Source of the DNA: Bacteroidota bacterium
GTDB taxonomy: Bacteria; Bacteroidota; Bacteroidia; Chitinophagales; Chitinophagaceae
NCBI GenBank assembly: GCA_039805045.1
Contig: JBDLUZ010000003.1
Location: forward strand, 1-32,628
Length of the DNA: 32,628 nt
Reading direction: 5' to 3'
The notes beneath the pieces are model-generated. The model made no database searches, was not told the origin of the DNA, and was given only the letters and a program-made list of their open reading frames with translations. Positions 27,048-32,628 of this stretch are shown here, one piece after another. The translations under genes and the position numbers were made by a program. Every line of letters begins with the position of its first letter. Position 1 is the stretch's first letter.

Positions 27048-27790
27048 TTAAATATGTATTGTTTTAATTTAGTTAGCGGTTTCAAAATTAAGGTAAATAA
27101 ATGAGGTTTAAGTCCATTCACTACCCATGCTCTCCTGTCTTCTGTATTGGCGATAAGTCTCGACTTCAAACTCCGATTACTGATGCCTCCAGATCTCATG
27201 ACAACAAGTAAACCATCCAGGTACTTGGCATCAATTTCAAATTTTAACAGCAAACGCAACATCATCTCATAATCTGCTGCGATACTAAAACGTGTATCAA
27301 ACAAACCATATTGTGAATACAAATTTCTTTTAATAAAAAAAGTAGGATGCGGGGGACTCCATCCATTGTAAAAAGCATTTCTATCGAAGCTTCCAGCCCG
27401 CCACTTCCTGGTTACCTTAGACAAATCCGTCCTATCTACACAAATCAAATTACCGTAAACTGCCTGGCAAGACGTCTGAATGAATACACCAGCAACTTTT
27501 TCAATCACATTCTGATCGACATAAAAATCATCTGCATTCAAAATACCAACTATATCTCCAGTTGCCAAACCAATCCCCTTGTTCATGGCATAATACAAAC
27601 CTTCATCCTTTTCCGATATTACCCTGGTAACATGAGGATATCCAGCAACAATTTCAAGGGTATTATCATCAGAAAGTCCATCAATTACTATATGCTCAAT
27701 ATCAGACCATGTCTGCCTGGCTACACTTTCAAGTGTATCCTTAATGGTATCGGCAGCATTCCTGCACACGGTGATGATTGAAATTTTCAA
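27035..27790 (-). CDS. Glycosyltransferase family 2 (WcaE-like)
   Basis: [31 protein letters not shown] and ADY. TTG start overlaps the upstream stop. Confidence 0.9.
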   Translation of the reverse strand: MKISIITVCRNAADTIKDTLESVARQTWSDIEHIVIDGLSDDNTLEIVAGYPHVTRVISEKDEGLYYAMNKGIGLATGDIVGILNADDFYVDQNVIEKVAGVFIQTSCQAVYGNLICVDRTDLSKVTRKWRAGSFDRNAFYNGWSPPHPTFFIKRNLYSQYGLFDTRFSIAADYEMMLRLLLKFEIDAKYLDGLLVVMRSGGISNRSLKSRLIANTEDRRAWVVNGLKPHLFTLILKPLTKLKQYIFKWQK

Positions 27791-28341
27791 AAGCGTTTTC
27801 GTTTTTTTACTGCCGGATTACCCTGATAAACCATATTCATTTCCATGTCTGTTGTCACAACAGATCCTGCTGCAAGAACCGATTGTTCAGCTGCATGAAC
27901 ACCTGGACAAACAACTGAAAATGCTCCAATCCAGACACCGGCTGCTATATCAACTGGTTTAGCTATTAGCTCAAAATCAGGAGAGCGAAAATTGTGATTT
28001 CCAGTACAGATAAACGCCCCCTGGGATATACAACTGTTACTGCCAATTGCTACCTGCTCCATGTTATCTATCCAGCAATTCTCTCCTAACCAAACATTGT
28101 CGCCCATAGTTAGCTTCCATGGGAATTTGATTATCACACCTGGCCTGATACGCGGCGATTTACCAATCTTGGCGCCAAAAAGCACTAAAACCATTTTTCT
28201 GAAACCACTGAACGGAATCAGCGGATTGCGTACAAAAATTGTACTGCAGAAAAACCACAAGAGCTGTTTCAGGTATGAAGCACCAATGGATTGCTTATAA
28301 GCTAGATTCCCTTCGTCATATCTGCTCAAATCAACTTTCAT
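27787..28341 (-). CDS. wcaF: WcaF-like polysaccharide O-acetyltransferase
   Basis: LFGAKIG, KFPWKL, SQGAFICTGNH and GNPA hexapeptide acetyltransferase motifs. Confidence 0.85.
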   Translation of the reverse strand: MKVDLSRYDEGNLAYKQSIGASYLKQLLWFFCSTIFVRNPLIPFSGFRKMVLVLFGAKIGKSPRIRPGVIIKFPWKLTMGDNVWLGENCWIDNMEQVAIGSNSCISQGAFICTGNHNFRSPDFELIAKPVDIAAGVWIGAFSVVCPGVHAAEQSVLAAGSVVTTDMEMNMVYQGNPAVKKRKRF

Positions 28342-29456
28342 CAGCTCGTAAATAATTTATCATAATAATATTCGGCCTGCATCTCTTCAACATATAGCTT
28401 TGCTTTTTGCAAGGCCCCCTGCCGGAACTCTTGCCAGCGCGAATCTTCAAGGTTTACAAAAGTATTGATAGCTTCAAGAAACAAATTATCCGCCAAAGGT
28501 ATATCCGCGCCCGCCTTACAAGACAACAAATTTCTCCAGGGAGTTTGATCGCTGATCAAAACAGGACATCCAACAGACAGAGCTTCAAAAATAGAGTGCC
28601 CGAAACTTTCTCCTTTGGATGGCAAAACAAACAAATGAACTTTCTGTAGCAGCTGTAATACTTCGACTGGTGTTAAATCAAAATGCCAAGAAACTTTAAT
28701 CTTTTCAGGGAGGTTTTCAGCCATTTGCTGACAAAGTTTAAAATACGCTGGATCTTCTCGGATAACAGCTATCACCAGGTCAACATTACCTTTTACGTCA
28801 TTCAAAATGCTGAGCAAAAATGAAAGGTTTTTAATGGGATGAAGACGTGCTGAAAAAAGGATGCGCAGGTGTCCTTCTTGTTTATTTTCAGGCAACAAGG
28901 CTGGTGTAATTTGCACAGGAATATTCGGGGCGGTAAAAACACTTCGAACCAATGGAAATATTTTTCTTATTTCAACCTCTTCACCAGCATCAGCGGCATG
29001 GAAAGTAACGTGTTTCTCTATACCTACTAATCTTAACAACAAACAATAAACATACTTCTTGAAAGGTTTGTGTGCAAGTGCACTTGCCTTTAGCATACCC
29101 CTTGGCGCAATGATGACTTTACCTGACTGATATGCCAGCCAGAGAGGTATAATCATGTTTGAAAACATGGAATTAAGGTATATGCGGTCTGGAGCTACAA
29201 GAGTCAGATTTTTTCTTACAATCCCCATAGTCATTTTACCAGGGGAATAATAGTATACATTGATATTGTCTTGTTTCTGCCATTTGTCTGAAATTATCCC
29301 AGCAAAAGCCGCTGTTGCATGTAGATCCCTGTCTGATGTAAAAACAAATATTTCATGAGACACACGAAGGTGACTTACTAAGTTTATGATTGATCTTACC
29401 GGACCTCCAGCTCTGAATGCTGGGGTGAACCAATCTGTAAAAATCAGGATTCTCAA
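28341..29456 (-). CDS. Glycosyltransferase family 4
   Basis: GGPVRS, APRG, R..PIKN and PS.GESFG..IFEA. TTG start. Confidence 0.88.
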   Translation of the reverse strand: MRILIFTDWFTPAFRAGGPVRSIINLVSHLRVSHEIFVFTSDRDLHATAAFAGIISDKWQKQDNINVYYYSPGKMTMGIVRKNLTLVAPDRIYLNSMFSNMIIPLWLAYQSGKVIIAPRGMLKASALAHKPFKKYVYCLLLRLVGIEKHVTFHAADAGEEVEIRKIFPLVRSVFTAPNIPVQITPALLPENKQEGHLRILFSARLHPIKNLSFLLSILNDVKGNVDLVIAVIREDPAYFKLCQQMAENLPEKIKVSWHFDLTPVEVLQLLQKVHLFVLPSKGESFGHSIFEALSVGCPVLISDQTPWRNLLSCKAGADIPLADNLFLEAINTFVNLEDSRWQEFRQGALQKAKLYVEEMQAEYYYDKLFTS

Positions 29457-31312
29457 TTGATGTTATTTTTTTGCAACCAAGATCCTAAAACCACAAAAGA
29501 CCATATAGTAGTCCATTTCTCGGCTGAACGCCCTCGGGAAAACTGCTTCCAAGCATTGTGTACATGCTCAAAATCTACAAAATCATAAGCTGAAAGTGAA
29601 AGGATAGCTTGATTACAAACATCATAAAGTGAACTGTGCATCCACCTATCCATTGGCAGAACAAACCCTTTTTTGGGTCTGCGGTTTATGTTCTTGGGAA
29701 GAAGAGGATTCAAAGTATCTATCAGCAACTGCTTTGGGTATTTACTCAGCTTGTATGTATCAGGCAAACCCAACATAAATTCTATGAGCTGCTGATCAAA
29801 AAAAGGCTCCCTAATTTCCAAACTATTTGCCATGCCCATCTGATCATTATCTCGCAACAAAGTATTTGCTACATAATAATGAAGCTCAGCCAAACTGTAG
29901 TTACTGATACAATAATCATCAACGTTCTGAAATGCATTCAAGTTATTTGCAAAAATACCCGATGAACTATACTCCAGCGATGTAAACCTTGATACATCAG
30001 CCATGCTCATCATTTGTCTTAGTGCAGGATAACAATGATGAACATGATGTGTTTTGGCAGATAATATTTTATATAAACCAAATGCAAACGAAGATTTTGA
30101 ACTTTGAAGCAAGGAAGCAATATTCATCCTCAAATACTGCGTATTATCAAACAACAACTTCCATTTCTCTAACAACTTTGCATACCTAAAACCCGGATAT
30201 CCTGCAAACAATTCATCTCCACCAAGACCGGAAAGCATCACTTTCATGCCAGCCTTGGCTGCAGCAGCTGAAATCAAATAGGTATTCAAACCATCTAAAG
30301 AGGGACTGTCAACATTGGATAAAAAAGCAGATACCTGATGCTGGCAATCATCAGGATGCATTTTAATAGCATGATGATTGGTCCTGTATAATCTGGCAAA
30401 GTCTTCTGCTTCCTTTGACTCATCAAACCCCTTTTCGTCAATAGTAAGCGTAAAAGTGTTCAAAGAACTGGAAGCATGCAAAGATGCCAAGGCAACAACT
30501 GCAGAAGAATCAATGCCTCCTGATAAAAATACACCTACAGGTACAACTCCCTGTAACCTTGATGATACGGCTTCATTCAAGATACGAAAGAGCTCTTTCC
30601 TTAAATTTTCAGGATTTATTGTTTGCCGATAACCAATGTTTTCAGGGTATAGCTTATAATAGGTAGTAAATTCCGACCCAAGCTGCGAAATCTTCGCATA
30701 ATTGCCCGGGGGGATTTCTTGAACATCCTGAATAAAAGTGGCAGGATATCCTGCAGATTGATACTGAAGATAACCTGAAACAGTTCTCTTATCTATTCTA
30801 TGATCAACAAGTCCGCTTGCCAGCATAGACCTAATTTCAGAGGCAAAGACACATGTATTATTCTTAATACTAAAATATAATGGCTTAACACCCATTCTAT
30901 CTCTCGCTAACCACAAGATTTGTTCAACTTTATCCCATATAGCAAAGGCAAAAATACCATTAAACTTATTCACACACGATATACCCCATGCAGCAAAGGC
31001 CGCAATTAACACTTCTGAATCACCCTCAGATTTGAAATCATAAAGGGGTAACTCCTTTTTGATCTCAAGAAAATTGTAAATCTCCCCATTGAAAACAAGT
31101 ACATATCTTTCTGATGGATCAACAAAAGGCTGTGCAGAAGCATCAGAAATATCCATGATGGATAGTCTTGAGTGTGCCAAGGATATGAAATCATCATGGT
31201 AAAATCCTTTCCCATCCGGACCTCTGTGAATAAGTTTACCAAGCATATTGGTCACCCTGCTTACCGAAGAGTCTACTTTACCATTGTGCCATATGCCTGC
31301 AATACCGCAAAT
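29453..31312 (-). CDS. asnB: Asparagine synthase (glutamine-hydrolysing)-like amidotransferase; inferred ATT start
   Basis: Extending the ORF upstream gives (M)CGIAGIW...HRGPD, RLSIMD, NGEIYN, SGGIDSS and SGLGGDELF. The codon before Cys is ATT. Confidence 0.88.
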   Translation of the reverse strand: MCGIAGIWHNGKVDSSVSRVTNMLGKLIHRGPDGKGFYHDDFISLAHSRLSIMDISDASAQPFVDPSERYVLVFNGEIYNFLEIKKELPLYDFKSEGDSEVLIAAFAAWGISCVNKFNGIFAFAIWDKVEQILWLARDRMGVKPLYFSIKNNTCVFASEIRSMLASGLVDHRIDKRTVSGYLQYQSAGYPATFIQDVQEIPPGNYAKISQLGSEFTTYYKLYPENIGYRQTINPENLRKELFRILNEAVSSRLQGVVPVGVFLSGGIDSSAVVALASLHASSSLNTFTLTIDEKGFDESKEAEDFARLYRTNHHAIKMHPDDCQHQVSAFLSNVDSPSLDGLNTYLISAAAAKAGMKVMLSGLGGDELFAGYPGFRYAKLLEKWKLLFDNTQYLRMNIASLLQSSKSSFAFGLYKILSAKTHHVHHCYPALRQMMSMADVSRFTSLEYSSSGIFANNLNAFQNVDDYCISNYSLAELHYYVANTLLRDNDQMGMANSLEIREPFFDQQLIEFMLGLPDTYKLSKYPKQLLIDTLNPLLPKNINRRPKKGFVLPMDRWMHSSLYDVCNQAILSLSAYDFVDFEHVHNAWKQFSRGRSAEKWTTIWSFVVLGSWLQKNNIN

Positions 31313-31335
31313 AATGTATAATTTAAAAAGTCAGT

Positions 31336-32328
31336 TCAAATCGTTGATGCTGCAACCATATCATACAACTGTTGATATTGTTCAGCAATTTTTTTTACAT
31401 CATACTGTTGTACCAGGAGCAAACCCTTTTCCCGCAGCTGATTAACCCGCTGAGGATCATTGATCAATGTGAGTACAGCATTTCTGATAGAAATGATTGA
31501 AAAGGGATCTACAAGAATTGCCGCTCCTTGCGCAATATCAGACATTGGAGGAATGTCACTGGTAATCACCGTCAGACCATGCTGGAATGCTTCAATTATA
31601 GGTAACCCAAAACCTTCATATGTTGAGGGAAAAACCAAACAATCAGCTTTTGTATACTCTGATTGCATCTCATAATCACTTAATTCATGATCACAGCTGT
31701 AAACAATACCAAATTTATGCAATAGCTCAACTTCCGGCAACTTCAAAAAACCTATAATTCTAAGGTGAATGTTTAACCCATGCAAGGCCGGAATAAGATT
31801 CTGTAAATTTTTATTTGACGTAGATCCTATAAAAAGCAATACAGGTAAACTGGAAATAGCTTTCAAGTTAACCTGGGTACCTAATTGCTTAACCGGATTG
31901 GGTATCACTAATATTTTTGAAGGATCGCATTTCACGTATGATAAAATCTCATGTTTTGTCTTTTCTGAAACAGTAGTAATGAATTTACAGCGCTTTACAG
32001 GCAAGTCTAACAAGAACCAACGCAACAGGACTTTTTTCCAACCACTGTACGTTTTAAGAAATACCAAATCATGAATTGTAAGAATGGTTTTATGCTTTGG
32101 CAATGCTAAAATAGCATAATGATCATGACCTGTAATGTGAAAAACACCTTCCCTGAATCTTTTTAGGTAGATTAAATTATATAAAACAAATAAACCCCTC
32201 GCGCCTGGAAATGGCAAACAGAAATGATTAATGTGATAACCTTTAATTTCAGGCATTATCAACTTAATCACTTTTTCAATACTGTAAAAGCCCCTAATTG
32301 GATGCCGAAATATATAAGTAAGCTTGAT
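31336..32328 (-). CDS. Glycosyltransferase family 4; inferred ATC start (ORF-track start GTG 32271)
   Basis: HITG, TIHD and PSTYEGFGLPIIEA. The in-frame upstream extension KLTYIFRHPIRGFYSIEKV looks like the GT-B first strand. Confidence 0.85.
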   Translation of the reverse strand: MKLTYIFRHPIRGFYSIEKVIKLIMPEIKGYHINHFCLPFPGARGLFVLYNLIYLKRFREGVFHITGHDHYAILALPKHKTILTIHDLVFLKTYSGWKKVLLRWFLLDLPVKRCKFITTVSEKTKHEILSYVKCDPSKILVIPNPVKQLGTQVNLKAISSLPVLLFIGSTSNKNLQNLIPALHGLNIHLRIIGFLKLPEVELLHKFGIVYSCDHELSDYEMQSEYTKADCLVFPSTYEGFGLPIIEAFQHGLTVITSDIPPMSDIAQGAAILVDPFSIISIRNAVLTLINDPQRVNQLREKGLLLVQQYDVKKIAEQYQQLYDMVAASTI

Positions 32329-32337
32329 AACTTAGTT

Positions 32338-32628
32338 TTACTTCTTTAAGAGGAAATTATCGAGGTGTTTTATCAGGTATTTATTTAAAAACCAAAATCC
32401 TATAAAATATGTAATTGACCATCCTAAAAACTTAGTTGTTGGAACAGGAAAGCTCCATGCAAACTGAAAAATAGGAGCTGAATAACACATCCCCCAGATT
32501 ATATTATATCCGTTGACAATAAAATACCTGTATAACCAGCCAATCCAGAAACCAAAAAGCAATATCGGAATAAACATGTATACCCTTCCGAAATCCACAT
32601 AAGACTCTGCAACAGTTCCAAGTGAAAA
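32338..32628 (-). CDS. C-terminus of a polytopic membrane protein, possibly a polysaccharide polymerase (Wzy-like); 5' end outside window
   Basis: Frame open to the window edge: FSLGTVAESYVDFG followed by TM helices; lies within the EPS operon. Confidence 0.5.
   Translation of the reverse strand, partial: FSLGTVAESYVDFGRVYMFIPILLFGFWIGWLYRYFIVNGYNIIWGMCYSAPIFQFAWSFPVPTTKFLGWSITYFIGFWFLNKYLIKHLDNFLLKK

Noticed and set aside
556-32074. Many short alternative-frame and antisense ORFs in the ORF track (e.g. 1619..2161 -, 3067..3546 -, 17627..18118 -, 27347..27781 +)
   Set aside because: They lie within well-supported genes and show no recognisable motifs; these are shadow ORFs.
1-32628. CRISPR arrays, tRNA/rRNA, IS elements, integrases, invertible promoter repeats
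   Set aside because: No repeat-spacer periodicity, cloverleaf, transposase or recombinase seen; the intergenic gaps are too small for most of these, and the EPS promoter lies outside the window.

Overview
Compact chromosomal segment of a Bacteroidota bacterium, probably Chitinophagaceae-like (inferred from gldH, TAnnTTTG -7 promoter boxes and gene content). 1-20 kb is housekeeping and envelope genes: cdsA (partial), CPBP protease, a broken dusB, ridA-like, D-TA/DSD1-type PLP enzyme, psd, yjjG, SDR, a two-component pair, gldH, yicC, lpxD-like, epimerase, pheS, arginase-family, dacB, mutL and a GH3/serine-hydrolase fusion. 20-24 kb is a carotenoid module: B12-binding MerR (CarH/LitR-like), ECF sigma, crtI, crtB. 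24-32.6 kb is the distal part of a capsule/EPS operon: polymerase-like fragment, GT4, asnB-like amidotransferase, GT4, wcaF-like, GT2, gmd, fcl, CpsB-type phosphatase. I found no rRNA, tRNA, CRISPR or mobile element. The most notable observations are (1) two consecutive EPS genes whose N-termini appear reachable only from ATT/ATC start codons, (2) an orphan strong terminator defining a candidate ~70-nt sRNA or attenuator directly upstream of the RNase gene yicC, (3) an internal deletion plus frameshift in dusB, and (4) a perfect 12-bp inverted repeat over the sigma-crtI-crtB promoter as a candidate operator for the B12 photoreceptor. All calls are by eye; no database searches were run.
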